Shown here one piece after another: positions 30,952 through 40,326 of a stretch of DNA of 64,000 bases. Within the stretch, counting starts at the first letter, position 1; every line of letters starts with the position of its first letter. Made by a program: the position numbers and the translations under genes. Below the pieces are notes generated by a model that saw nothing but the letters and a program-made list of their open reading frames with translations, made no database searches and was not told the origin of the DNA. The DNA comes from Gemmatimonadota bacterium (GTDB taxonomy: Bacteria > JAAXHH01), in NCBI GenBank assembly GCA_026706345.1, contig JAPOYX010000237.1:13175-77174 (forward strand), in the 5' to 3' direction.

Positions 30952-31983
30952 CTACAGGGGCAGGGAAATGGCCTTGCCTTCGGCCATGCTGCGGTTCACG
31001 GCCTCGGTGAACTCCATGTACTTGATCCCGACGTCGAAAGGCGTATGGGACACTTTTTCCAACCCTCGGATGGCGTTGACAAACTCCTCTTCCACCCGCC
31101 ATTCTCCGTGGTCCTCGGGCCGGATCTCGATTTCGGACAGGGCGTCGTCGCCCCGGCGGGCTCCGTAAAGCTTGCTGTCGCCCATGCGGATCGTGCCCTC
31201 GCTTCCATAGATCGTGGCTTCGCTTTCGTTGGCCAGGCCCTGGACGGTCGAAATCTTGATATAGGCCGACGCGCCGCAGATCATGTCCATCACGATGTCG
31301 ACGTGCTCCGGCACCCGTATGGCGCGCATCACGCCTGTATCGGCGTCTCTGCGCATTCTCGTGAAGGTCTTGCCCTGGGCGAAAACCGAAAGCGGATCCC
31401 CGACCCAGCGTCGCATGGCCTCGTACCAGATGCCCATGGTCATGATGTTCATCCCGCTGTAGTCTGTGTTCTGCCGCCAGTGCATGGGGCCGTCGCGGTC
31501 GATGAAGTCGCTGCCGGAGGAGCGGAGTTCTACGCTGAGTATGTCGCCCACGAATCCTTCTGCGATCAGCCGCTGAATGGTCTTGTCGGCCCACAGCGTC
31601 ATGGGCGACGGAACGATCTGGGCGACGAGGTCGGGATTGCCCTGCGCGGCGTCGTGCATGAGCAGGGCCTCTTCGTGGTTCATGGCCATGCGCGCCTCGC
31701 ACAGGATGTGCTTGCCGTTCGCCAGGGCCGCCAAGCTCGTGGCGCAGTGGAGGTAGGGCCAGGTGCCGACTACGATGGCGTCGGTGTCGTCCGCTTCGAT
31801 CAGCTCGGTCCACGTCTCGTATATGGTCGGGATGCCGAACTGTTTCGCCACGCGCTCCGAGGACGCGCGGCTGCGGTTGCACACGCTGACGATCTCCACT
31901 CCTTCGATGGCCTGGAGCTTCGGTATGTGCATGGTAACGGTATTGGCGCCGGCGCCGACTACGCCTACGCGTATGGTTTCCAT
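30952..31983 (-). CDS. Gfo/Idh/MocA family oxidoreductase
   Basis: Start taken at METIRVGVVGAGANTV (Rossmann motif). Typical ~340-aa length with the EARMAMN region. Confidence 0.8.
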   Translation of the reverse strand: METIRVGVVGAGANTVTMHIPKLQAIEGVEIVSVCNRSRASSERVAKQFGIPTIYETWTELIEADDTDAIVVGTWPYLHCATSLAALANGKHILCEARMAMNHEEALLMHDAAQGNPDLVAQIVPSPMTLWADKTIQRLIAEGFVGDILSVELRSSGSDFIDRDGPMHWRQNTDYSGMNIMTMGIWYEAMRRWVGDPLSVFAQGKTFTRMRRDADTGVMRAIRVPEHVDIVMDMICGASAYIKISTVQGLANESEATIYGSEGTIRMGDSKLYGARRGDDALSEIEIRPEDHGEWRVEEEFVNAIRGLEKVSHTPFDVGIKYMEFTEAVNRSMAEGKAISLPL

Positions 31984-32044
31984 TGAGTTCCCCTTTTCGT
32001 TCTGGTTGTTGAGTCCATCTTCGTTGCTCACGCTCTCCGTACGG

Positions 32045-33037
32045 CTATTTCCGTCGGGCGCGAATGATGTCCGCGAGGTTCCGCGCCATCTCTTCGAATC
32101 CCCCCGGCGCCGGGTGCACCAGGTCCACGGTCAGTCCGTTGTTGGACCGGAGCATGGCGTCTCCCGGAATGTGTACAAGTTTCGGACGGTTCAACTGACT
32201 GACGCGTTCGGCCACGATGGACCGGAAAGTCTTGCACTTCTCGACGCCCATAAAATCATAGAGGCACGGGAAGATGTCAATGCAGAAGATCCAGTCGTCG
32301 GGATGGGCGTCGGCAATGGCCGTTACGAAGTACTCCACGCGCCGGTGAAACTCGTCCACGTCGAAGGACTGCACCACGTTGATGCCCATCTCGAGCGTCG
32401 CGATGTCCCAGTCGTCCCGGCCGGCGATGTAGTCCGCCATGCCCGCTTCCATGTGGGCGCCACCGCCGAATCCCAGGTTGAAGAGATCGGTGCCCAGGAT
32501 CTCGGCGGTCCGGGCCGGATACGTGCCCGTGGGCCGGACGGCCGTGCTGCCGTGGGTGATCGAGGAACCGTAGGCCAGGTAACGCGTTTTCGGGGCCTGG
32601 TCCGGTCTCGGGAGCGAAGTCTCCCCCTCGATGGAGATCAGCCGGACCGAGGGTCGCCACGGCAGGACGACCCGGCTGAGGCCGGTATCGAACCGCGCGT
32701 CGGAAGGGGCGACCCGGCGCATGACCGGCTCGGTATCGGGGCGTTCCACGACAATCCGCGTTGGAGCCGCGTCGACGATGTGCAGCGCGCTGAAGTAATC
32801 GCCCTGGTATACTTCCGCGAGCGTCGGTCCTTCGGGACTCTGGAGCGTGATGACCGCCCGCTGGCCCTCCAGATTGAACCGGATTTCGCATCCCGACGCC
32901 TGCAGCGCGTTGTTCTTCGCCGATTCGTTCAGCGTCACGCGCAGGTCGTTCGGCACGCGACAGCAGATGCTGCCCGTTCCTCCCGGGTCGTCCAGCAGTT
33001 CGTGTACGTTGTGCAGTTCAGCTTGACCGAGAATCAC
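32045..33037 (-). CDS. SGNH/GDSL-like hydrolase family protein
   Basis: 330 aa; block I YLAYGSSITHGS (GDS-like motif with a Ser nucleophile), a later DxxH-like region, and an N-terminal beta-sandwich-like domain. Confidence 0.7.
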   Translation of the reverse strand: MILGQAELHNVHELLDDPGGTGSICCRVPNDLRVTLNESAKNNALQASGCEIRFNLEGQRAVITLQSPEGPTLAEVYQGDYFSALHIVDAAPTRIVVERPDTEPVMRRVAPSDARFDTGLSRVVLPWRPSVRLISIEGETSLPRPDQAPKTRYLAYGSSITHGSTAVRPTGTYPARTAEILGTDLFNLGFGGGAHMEAGMADYIAGRDDWDIATLEMGINVVQSFDVDEFHRRVEYFVTAIADAHPDDWIFCIDIFPCLYDFMGVEKCKTFRSIVAERVSQLNRPKLVHIPGDAMLRSNNGLTVDLVHPAPGGFEEMARNLADIIRARRK

Positions 33038-33100
33038 GCAAACCTCCAGAGTCGAGGGTGATCAGCTATTATTGAAAGCGTGTCATCGAAACGCATTCGG

Positions 33101-33154
33101 ATCGCCTGGTCCGCCTGGATCGCCTGGGTCGCCTGGATCGCCTGGGTTGTCTGG
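33101..33154. repeat. six tandem 9-bp units (RTCGCCTGG)
   Basis: atcgcctgg tccgcctgg atcgcctgg gtcgcctgg atcgcctgg gttgtctgg, lying between two co-directional minus-strand genes. It also creates a spurious plus-strand WIAW-repeat ORF. Confidence 0.5.
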
Positions 33155-33168
33155 GCCACCCGGGCCGC

Positions 33169-33918
33169 CTATATGCCCAGCAGCCGGGCCGCGTTCTCAC
33201 CCAGGGCCATGCGTTTCGCTTCGTCGGATATCCGGGCGGTGATGATCTTGCCGATCTGCGGCCTGGGATCCATCAGGGGCATGTCCGATCCGTACAGCAC
33301 GCGGTCAGCCCCGCCCTTTTCCACCAGTTCTTCGATTACGCCGGGCGTCCGGTACGTCGAGCAGGTCTCCAGGTAGACGTTCGGGTACTTCTGCGCGGCG
33401 GCGATGGCTTCGGCGCGAGCCTCCGGCACGTTGCCGCAGTGGGCGGAGACGAAATTCACCCGCGGGTAGGCGGGCGCAAGGTCTTCGAAGTAACGGGGCC
33501 GGCTGTTGATGAAGTGATCCGTGTGGAAAATGATGGCCAGTCCCCGGTCCTGGGCGAATTCGTAGATCGGATGCCAGGGTTCCTCGTTGAAGGGCCACGG
33601 AGTATAGGGCGGGTAGAGCTTGATGGCCGGGAACCCCAGTTTGTCGATCGCCCGTTCCAGTTCGGGCACCATGCGGTCGGGCATGGTCGGCGAGACATAG
33701 GCAAAACCCACGAAGCGGTCCGGGTTCCGGGCGACGAATTTCGCGGTCAGATCGTTGCCCGTGGTCCCGTCCGGGTGAAATATGTGGAAGAGGCACGCGA
33801 CATCGATACCGACGGCGTCCATGGCCCCCATCAGGAGTTCCGGGTCGTCCACCATGCCGTAACGTTCCCACCGGCCCACGTGACCGTGGTAGTCGATTAC
33901 CCTCGTACCGTCAATCAT
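33169..33918 (-). CDS. amidohydrolase-2 family (TIM-barrel metal-dependent hydrolase) protein
   Basis: Start at MIDGTRVIDYHGHVG (an HxH metal-binding start) with later HxxH and D motifs. The ORF in the track extends further upstream through an unlikely Arg/Pro-rich stretch. Confidence 0.75.
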   Translation of the reverse strand: MIDGTRVIDYHGHVGRWERYGMVDDPELLMGAMDAVGIDVACLFHIFHPDGTTGNDLTAKFVARNPDRFVGFAYVSPTMPDRMVPELERAIDKLGFPAIKLYPPYTPWPFNEEPWHPIYEFAQDRGLAIIFHTDHFINSRPRYFEDLAPAYPRVNFVSAHCGNVPEARAEAIAAAQKYPNVYLETCSTYRTPGVIEELVEKGGADRVLYGSDMPLMDPRPQIGKIITARISDEAKRMALGENAARLLGI

Positions 33919-34676
33919 GACCCCTCCGTGAGTCCGAGCAGCCGCTCGGCGTTTCCGGCACAGACCCGCGCGAGTTCCTCTTCGCTCATGCGCGTGTGGT
34001 GCAGGTAGAACAGGATCGGACCCATGGCGTATCGGGGATACCAGGAACCGTAGATGAACCGGTCCGCGCCGAACTGTTCGACGAGCGCCTCCACTTCGCC
34101 GATGGGTTCGTACCGGCTGAGTTCCAGCACGGCATGGGGACTCGCTTCCAGCAGGCCGCGAACGACCAGCGCGTGGGTATAGTGGGCCCCGACGAGCACC
34201 GCGTGCAGGTCGGGATAGGCCTTGAGTGTCGTGACCACGTGGTCCGCTTCCACGTCCATCAGCGGGATCCACAGCGGAATCCGGGCATCCGAGAGGTAGG
34301 ACAGCAGGTTGTCGTAACCCCACGGGAGAAAAGGAAGGCCGGCGGACTGGCAGTCGTGCAGGCGGACGGACATCACCCGCCCCCGGCTGTGCAGATCCGC
34401 GATCTGCCTGATGGAGATCTCCACGGGCGCGACGGTCCACTGAGGGATCAGCCTGCCTGCCGCGTCGAGCCAGTCCTCCAGATACACATTCCCGTCCGTG
34501 GGGCTGATCTGCTCACCCTGCGCATGGTAGATCAGGGCGCGCTGGACGCCGTGAAAACCCATTTCGTCGAGAAGCTGAGCGGGGCTTTGACAGGGCGATG
34601 GACCGGTATGGTGATTCCCCACGCATACATTCGCGTCGATGACGGGTACACGGGGCGAAAAAGACAGTGAGGGCAT
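33915..34676 (-). CDS. amidohydrolase-2 family protein (tandem paralog)
   Basis: 253 aa; VIDANVCVGNHH start. Its stop overlaps the next gene's ATG in an ATGA arrangement at 33915-33918. Confidence 0.75.
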   Translation of the reverse strand: MPSLSFSPRVPVIDANVCVGNHHTGPSPCQSPAQLLDEMGFHGVQRALIYHAQGEQISPTDGNVYLEDWLDAAGRLIPQWTVAPVEISIRQIADLHSRGRVMSVRLHDCQSAGLPFLPWGYDNLLSYLSDARIPLWIPLMDVEADHVVTTLKAYPDLHAVLVGAHYTHALVVRGLLEASPHAVLELSRYEPIGEVEALVEQFGADRFIYGSWYPRYAMGPILFYLHHTRMSEEELARVCAGNAERLLGLTEGS

Positions 34677-34780
34677 GTGGTGTCGGTCCCTTGGGAGGCT
34701 GGTTTCAGGATTCAGTAGCGTATCAGTTTGGCATTTACCATCCGGTGTTCGAACGAAGGCAATAGACTGATTCCAATCTA

Positions 34781-35878
34781 CTAAGGTTCTACGGTCACAT
34801 TGTTCCAGTTTGTTGGGAATGGTTGGTAATTTTCGTAAGGATATTCTGTATCTGACAATAAAGCCCGGGCACGAGGGGGTTCCCCATTCGTGTTGATCCT
34901 TGCAGTTGACGCCAAACTCTCGAGATGGTCGACTAAACGCCAGACTTCATCAACACGAACTCCAAATCCAATGTTTCCGGTTGGAACCCGTTCTGGCCGT
35001 CCAGTATTAACATCAAACACGAGCTTCTCTGTTCCGGAGTTATTCACAGCAATGATCCACCCTGAATGATCGAAAATGGGGCTTCCGCTGGTTCCCCCCG
35101 AAAGATCGAGATTGTGCTGTACGAAACTGGTGTTGAAAGGTGTCGGATTAATTCCTATTTGAAATGGTCGTAATGCACTAATCGTTCCGTCCTTGAAGGT
35201 GGCAATCGGAACAATCGAAAAAATATCAGCAATTTCGTCCGGAAATCCAAGCGTTGCTATGGGCTGTCCTACACGTAGGTTTGTTGCATGTTCCCGAGGC
35301 AGTAATCGAGGGACCAGTTCTGTCGATTCCACCACAATCACGGCAACATCTGGCGACAAGGCAGTTCCATCGTAGTTAGGATGTTCGAAGTATGTAGTCG
35401 GAAAGTATGTATCAGAACCTCCAATGCGTGTTCCTGACTTGGTGGCGAAAACCCGCCAGTTTGTTGTGGTCGGGGAGTTGATAAAATCGTTGATTCCTCT
35501 GATTACATGCGCGTTTGTCCAGATTGCGTCCGAATAGTGAGCACGGAATCCTGTGCCGATAACATAGTTGGAGCCATAAACCTGCAGTCCCAAAGCAAAG
35601 ATGTAGTCGTTAATAGGCACTTCATCGAGAACATCTGCCCAATTTAGCGGAGACCCGGACCCACCATCGCCAGTGGAACCTGCTGGCCCGGCTGGCCCGG
35701 CTGGCCCGGCTGGCCCTGGTTGACCATCTGATCCGGCTGGTCCCTGTGGTCCGGCTGGTCCGGCTGGCCCAGTTGACCCAGCTGGCCCGGCCGGACCCTT
35801 ACTACCTTCACATGCTACGACTACCGAGAACAAAAAGAATGACGTTAAAAACGACCTAATTATGGTAGAAACAGTCAC
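34781..35878 (-). CDS. secreted/lipoprotein collagen-like (Gly-X-Y)n repeat protein fused to a V8/glutamyl-endopeptidase-like (S1B) serine protease domain
   Basis: 365 aa. Signal peptide with a Cys lipobox (FLFSVVVAC); about 17 uninterrupted GPAGPAGSTGPAGPAGPQGPAGSDGQPGPAGPAGPAGPAGSTG collagen triplets. Protease catalytic motifs TNAHV (His), DVAVIVV (Asp) and GGTSGSPIF (Ser). The gene sits in a ~1.4-kb island of markedly lower GC. Confidence 0.75.
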   Translation of the reverse strand: MTVSTIIRSFLTSFFLFSVVVACEGSKGPAGPAGSTGPAGPAGPQGPAGSDGQPGPAGPAGPAGPAGSTGDGGSGSPLNWADVLDEVPINDYIFALGLQVYGSNYVIGTGFRAHYSDAIWTNAHVIRGINDFINSPTTTNWRVFATKSGTRIGGSDTYFPTTYFEHPNYDGTALSPDVAVIVVESTELVPRLLPREHATNLRVGQPIATLGFPDEIADIFSIVPIATFKDGTISALRPFQIGINPTPFNTSFVQHNLDLSGGTSGSPIFDHSGWIIAVNNSGTEKLVFDVNTGRPERVPTGNIGFGVRVDEVWRLVDHLESLASTARINTNGEPPRARALLSDTEYPYENYQPFPTNWNNVTVEP

Positions 35879-35977
35879 TGGTAGTTCCTTTCTTCGCTGA
35901 GACGTTACGGCTGCTTCTTTAAAGGTAAGAACAGTAATATCTGTTCTCTTTAACTACGGTGACTTACCCTATCCCTG

Positions 35978-35996
35978 CGTTGACATCATGTCAACG
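35978..35996. promoter_or_regulatory. 19-bp perfect palindrome CGTTGACATCATGTCAACG upstream of the collagen-like protease gene
   Basis: Perfect inverted repeat read directly, about 100 bp upstream of the minus-strand start at 35878. It contains TTGACA on both strands. Confidence 0.4.
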
Positions 35997-36133
35997 AAGT
36001 TTAAACTAAATAAACAATGTAGATTTCAATCTAATACACTACCCAGGATTCAACGGGTTTTCAGGTTGCCTCTTGTCGCTGAAAACTTGCAAGAAGATAC
36101 GTAAACGGATCTTTGTAGGTGCCTATGCAGGCG

Positions 36134-37036
36134 TCACGGCTGCTCCGCATCCATGCCCGGCCGGATGCCGATTTCCTGCCCGAGCTTCTCCCACAGATCG
36201 GGTGGAATGGTATCGGTGGCGGCCTCGTACGCATCGTGTACGTGCCGGATACTCGCCGGTCCGAACATGACTACGCTTTCAACCGGCGCCGCCAGGCAGA
36301 ACTGAATGGCGAGATGCCGGATGTTGACGCTGTTTTTGCGGCACCAGGTCCAGACCCTGTGCGCGCGCGGCTCGGAGCCGGGATGCATGCCCCGCTCCCG
36401 TTCCGGATCGGGCTCCAATCCCGTGAGGAGCCCCATGCCCTGCACGCTGGCGAGAATGATCCCGGTGCGTTGTTTCTTTGCCGCCGGAAAGATCGTGGCG
36501 GCGGCCGACTGGTTGATCAGCGTATAGTCCAGGAAGGTCAGGGACACATCGCTGATGCCTTCGTCAATCAGCCGGACGTGCCAGTCGTGTGACCGGGCGC
36601 CGAGCCCGATGTTCCTGACCACCCCCTGCGACTTCAGCTCGCGCAGCACGTCGAAAACCGCGCCTTCGCGTAACAACTCGTCCATGTCGGACGGATCGTG
36701 TACGAGTACGGAATCGAGGTAGTCCGTCTTCAGGGATCGCAGACTGCGGTCCAGGCTCCACCGGGCGCCCCCCCCGGTGAAGTCCTTCCTGCGTTCGGGA
36801 TGGGTGCCGATCTTGGCCTGCAGATAGTAGGAGGACCGGGGTACGCCGGACAGCGCCTCACCCCATTTTTCCTCGTGATGGCCCGGGTAAGTATCGAAGT
36901 AGTTAATACCCAGCGACAGGGCGGTCTGGATCGCTTCGACCGCCTCGGGGCTTTCGTGCAGAAAAGCGGCTCCCATGGCCAGGGCCGCCGGACGCATGCC
37001 GGTTCGCCCGAACGATCGGGCGGGTAGGTTGTTCAC
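36134..37036 (-). CDS. aldo/keto reductase family oxidoreductase
   Basis: 300 aa; GINYFDTYPGHHEEKWGEAL, LDSVLVHDP and GLGARSHD motifs of AKRs. Confidence 0.85.
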   Translation of the reverse strand: MNNLPARSFGRTGMRPAALAMGAAFLHESPEAVEAIQTALSLGINYFDTYPGHHEEKWGEALSGVPRSSYYLQAKIGTHPERRKDFTGGGARWSLDRSLRSLKTDYLDSVLVHDPSDMDELLREGAVFDVLRELKSQGVVRNIGLGARSHDWHVRLIDEGISDVSLTFLDYTLINQSAAATIFPAAKKQRTGIILASVQGMGLLTGLEPDPERERGMHPGSEPRAHRVWTWCRKNSVNIRHLAIQFCLAAPVESVVMFGPASIRHVHDAYEAATDTIPPDLWEKLGQEIGIRPGMDAEQP

Positions 37037-37048
37037 GTACGCTTTCGA

Positions 37049-38491
37049 TTACCGTCTGTCCGTATCAGGGGAATCATCGACTTCCTCTCCTGTATCGTCC
37101 TCCACGGCGGGTTCATCTTCGTCTTCGATATCGAAGTCCGTATCGTCGTCCTCCAGGTCGATATCATCGTCGTCCTCGGCTTCGTCGCCGTCGTCAACTG
37201 TTTGTGCCGACGCTGTCTCGTCCTCTTCTGCTTCTTCTTCGACTTCGTCAGCGTAGTCCACGTCTACTTCGGACGTTTCCTCTTCGAACGCAGCCTCCGC
37301 ATCCTCACCTTTTTCTACTTCCGTTTCGTCATCAGCGGCTGCCTCGGTGTCTCCTGCTCCGCCCTCCTCCCCATCCTCGGCGCTGGCTTCCTCCGCAACA
37401 TCGATTTCCTCTTCGGTTTCTTCTGCTTCGTCCGCTTCCTCGGCCTCCGTCGCTTCGATGTCCTCACCGTCTAATTCGTCGGCGACGGCGTCATCGTCAT
37501 CTCCCGATCCATCCGCATCCGCTGCTTCTTCCCCTTTATACTCTTCGGCCTCGACCTCTTCCTCACCATCATCGATCTCATCGACAGCCGCGTCCTCGAT
37601 CTCGTCTTCGGCTTCCACCGGTTCGGCGTCATCCCAGTCGACTTCCGCCACCACGGCTGCCGCGACGGCCTCTTCGACGCCATACTCCTCGTCCGCTTCC
37701 TCGGAATCCGCGTCCTCATCTGATTCCTGCGGCATCTCGACTTCACCCACTTCGACCGCGAACGTGACGTATTCGAACCAGCCTTCGCCCTGGTTGGCGA
37801 AACGATGCGCGACGCCCGGGAGCACATGGGCCGCGGATCCATCGGTGACCAGTTGCCGGTTTCCGTCAGCTTCCTCGATGGTACCATAGCCGCTGAGCAC
37901 GTAATGGACGAGTTCGATCCCGTCCAACTGCTGCCAGTCGGTGCCCTGCCGTCCCTGGACGGCATAGCGGGTCACACCGTGCACGCGCTGGAGCACGCCA
38001 CCTTCGCTGGCCGGGACTTCCTCCTCGCGCAGCAGCAGCGGCCAGGACACAGTGCCGCCTTCCAGCACCACGGGATGGACGTCGCGCCAGTCGCGGACCG
38101 CGGGGGTGCCCTCCCGGATCTCGTCCAGCGGGCAGCTGACGATGAGATGCTCCATCCATCCATCCCCGTCGTTGAACGCCTGGTGAGGCACGTTGACGGG
38201 CATGTAGACGGCCGTGCCGTCCCGGACGTCCACCTTGTCGTCCCCGATGGTCAGTTGGCCTCGCCCCCGAAGGATGAAATACAGCTGCTCGATGCTGTCG
38301 TGCTGGTGGTGGTCCGAATGCTGATGGCCCTGCAGCCCGTGCTTGACGAAGCTGTTGATCCCATGCAGCCGGTTCACTTCCGGCGGAGATGTTTCATCCT
38401 TGTCATGGGACTGGTACAGCGTCCATACCAGCGCGCTGATATGCCCCACGTAAGGTGCCTGGTCGCGCCAGTTTCGCACGCGGATACTCAT
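37049..38491 (-). CDS. bicupin domain protein with ~230-aa poly-acidic (Asp/Glu-rich) C-terminal tail
   Basis: 480 aa. Two cupin motifs (GTAVYMPVNVPHQAFNDGDGWMEHL and GSAAHVLPGVAHRFANQGEGWFEY) are followed by a continuous in-frame low-complexity D/E/A-rich tail to the stop codon. The antisense frame gives a spurious Pro/Arg-rich ORF. Confidence 0.7.
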   Translation of the reverse strand: MSIRVRNWRDQAPYVGHISALVWTLYQSHDKDETSPPEVNRLHGINSFVKHGLQGHQHSDHHQHDSIEQLYFILRGRGQLTIGDDKVDVRDGTAVYMPVNVPHQAFNDGDGWMEHLIVSCPLDEIREGTPAVRDWRDVHPVVLEGGTVSWPLLLREEEVPASEGGVLQRVHGVTRYAVQGRQGTDWQQLDGIELVHYVLSGYGTIEEADGNRQLVTDGSAAHVLPGVAHRFANQGEGWFEYVTFAVEVGEVEMPQESDEDADSEEADEEYGVEEAVAAAVVAEVDWDDAEPVEAEDEIEDAAVDEIDDGEEEVEAEEYKGEEAADADGSGDDDDAVADELDGEDIEATEAEEADEAEETEEEIDVAEEASAEDGEEGGAGDTEAAADDETEVEKGEDAEAAFEEETSEVDVDYADEVEEEAEEDETASAQTVDDGDEAEDDDDIDLEDDDTDFDIEDEDEPAVEDDTGEEVDDSPDTDRR

Positions 38492-38512
38492 GATATCTCC
38501 TTTGGGGTTCGG

Positions 38513-39673
38513 CTACTTCTCCCCGAAACGGGATTCGTGTACAGCACCCTGTCGAATCAATCGTTCGATCTCATCCTCTGCGTAGCCGCATTCCGCAAGC
38601 ACTGCGCGCGTGTGTTCGCCCCGGACGGGCGGCGGGAGCGGCGCATCGGCGTCCGGCGCGTCCGTACGATACGGCGCTTTCACCTGCCGGCTCTCCGATC
38701 GGTCGGACGCCACGAGGCTGTAAAACGGATTTCGATACTGTATATAAGGATCGCGCGGTAGCTCGTCAAGGTTGTAAATGGCCGCACAGGGCACGTCGGC
38801 TTCCCCCAGTCGCCGGTCCCATTCCCGGCAGGTCGCCGTGGCAAAAACGGTGCGGAGTTTTTCCTGTATCTCGGCCGCCCTGCTCAACCGCATCACGGAA
38901 GACCAGTCCCGCCATTCGTTCAGTCCCAGGACATCGCAGAGGCGGGTCCAGAAATGGTCCTCGTGGATGATCCCCAGGCTGATGTGACGGCCGTCCGAAG
39001 TCTCGAAAACGCCGTAGTGCGGAATGTTTCCGAGAAACTGTTCCTGCGCCGCGTCCGGGTCCTGTGCCTCGGCGGCGATATCGAGGGCCATCCAGGAAAG
39101 GATGCAGTCGGTCATGGACAGGTCGATGAAACGCCCCTCCCCGGTGGCCGTACGGTGCATCAGCGCGGCGGAGACGGCCAGCGCGGCGTACAGGCCGGAG
39201 GACAGGTCCGAAATCAGCACAGGAGGGACCGCGGGCGGATCGCCGCGTCCCAGCAGGCCGCCGATCGCGAGATAGTTGATGTCATGGCCCGTGCGGTTCC
39301 GGTACGGACCCTCCTGTCCGAACCCCGATATCGCGCAGTAGACGATGGCGGGATTCAGGTGTCTTGCCGATGGGTAATCCACGCCGAGTCGTTCAGCCAC
39401 GCCGGGCCGGAATCCTTCCAGCACGACGTCGGCCCGGGTGATCAGGCGGCTCATGACCTCCCGCCCCGCATCGTTCTTCAGATCGATCACGATGTCCCGC
39501 TTGCCGCGGTTCACGCTCGCGAAGGCCGGGGGAAAGCCGCGCAGGGGATCGCCGCCGGGCGGTTCCACCTTGATCACCCGGGCGCCCAGGTCGGCAAGCA
39601 GCATGGAACAGTACGGACCCGGCAATTGCGTGGTGAGATCCACTACCAGGTAGTCGGTCAGTGCGGGAATCAT
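38513..39673 (-). CDS. CoA transferase family III (CaiB/BaiF-like)
   Basis: Start at MIPALTDYLVVDLTTQLPGPYCSMLLADLGARVIKVEPP, the canonical family III N-terminus; the catalytic Asp region is present. Confidence 0.85.
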   Translation of the reverse strand: MIPALTDYLVVDLTTQLPGPYCSMLLADLGARVIKVEPPGGDPLRGFPPAFASVNRGKRDIVIDLKNDAGREVMSRLITRADVVLEGFRPGVAERLGVDYPSARHLNPAIVYCAISGFGQEGPYRNRTGHDINYLAIGGLLGRGDPPAVPPVLISDLSSGLYAALAVSAALMHRTATGEGRFIDLSMTDCILSWMALDIAAEAQDPDAAQEQFLGNIPHYGVFETSDGRHISLGIIHEDHFWTRLCDVLGLNEWRDWSSVMRLSRAAEIQEKLRTVFATATCREWDRRLGEADVPCAAIYNLDELPRDPYIQYRNPFYSLVASDRSESRQVKAPYRTDAPDADAPLPPPVRGEHTRAVLAECGYAEDEIERLIRQGAVHESRFGEK

Positions 39674-40326
39674 GAGGGGTCGGACACGTCTTGCACCGCG
39701 ACGGCCAGCCCGTCGCGCCACGCGTCGAGCTGCGCGAGGCCGTAGCTTTCGTCACCGTGACAGTGCGTTGTCCCGGTAGCCGATGTTCCCCTGTCGTACA
39801 CGACGATGCAGGGGTCTGTTCCCCGGGTATCGGCCGCCTTGAACCCGGCCGGAGCGAGGGAGACGCGGCGGTCGTAGTCCACCCAGCCTTCCCGTTCCCA
39901 GCCTACGGACAGCCAGTGGACGACCCGGGTGCAGTCGTCCCGGAAAGGATTGACCAGGTCCGCCACAATATCGGTCGTGATCACCAGCGATGATCGGGAC
40001 TGGATGATATGATCCTTCAGAACCTGCGCCGGGGACGCGTCCTGGCTAAGGACGGCTACGGCGCCGGCCCGCATGCATCCCAGGACGGATTCCCACCAGG
40101 CAACGCATGCCGGAAGCAGGATGAATACCCGGTGGTCCGGACGCACGCCGTGACGGTACAGCACGTGGGCGACCTTCTCCGAACGGATCTTCAGGTCCAG
40201 GAAGGTCACGTCCGTCGCCACGCCGTCGGGCTTTTGCCATTGCAGGGCGACTTTGCCCGGGTCCTCCGCGCACCGATCGACGATATCCACCGCGAAATTG
40301 GAAACGGCTTCTGTCATGATATGCAA
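39670..40326 (-). CDS. AMP-dependent synthetase/ligase N-terminal fragment (truncated acyl-CoA synthetase; possible remnant)
   Basis: 218 aa resembling only the N-terminal third of an ANL enzyme, with a degenerate P-loop-like TSATGTTHCHG. The stop TGA overlaps the CoA-transferase ATG (ATGA at 39670-39673). Confidence 0.5.
   Translation of the reverse strand: MHIMTEAVSNFAVDIVDRCAEDPGKVALQWQKPDGVATDVTFLDLKIRSEKVAHVLYRHGVRPDHRVFILLPACVAWWESVLGCMRAGAVAVLSQDASPAQVLKDHIIQSRSSLVITTDIVADLVNPFRDDCTRVVHWLSVGWEREGWVDYDRRVSLAPAGFKAADTRGTDPCIVVYDRGTSATGTTHCHGDESYGLAQLDAWRDGLAVAVQDVSDPS

Noticed and set aside
33080-33376. 98-aa ORF with WSAWIAWVAWIAWVVW repeats
   Set aside because: It is created by translating the 9-bp tandem DNA repeat. 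It has no independent coding support and lies in the spacer of co-directional minus-strand genes.
33169-34440. Long 423-aa version of the amidohydrolase ORF
   Set aside because: The N-terminal 174 aa are Arg/Pro/Gly-rich with no homology. An internal ATG at 33918 gives a typical amidohydrolase start (MIDGTRVIDYHGH) and forms an ATGA overlap with the upstream gene.
37204-37889. Pro/Arg-rich and Ser-rich plus-strand ORFs
   Set aside because: They are the antisense or off-frame readings of the GAN-rich codons that encode the poly-acidic tail of the bicupin.
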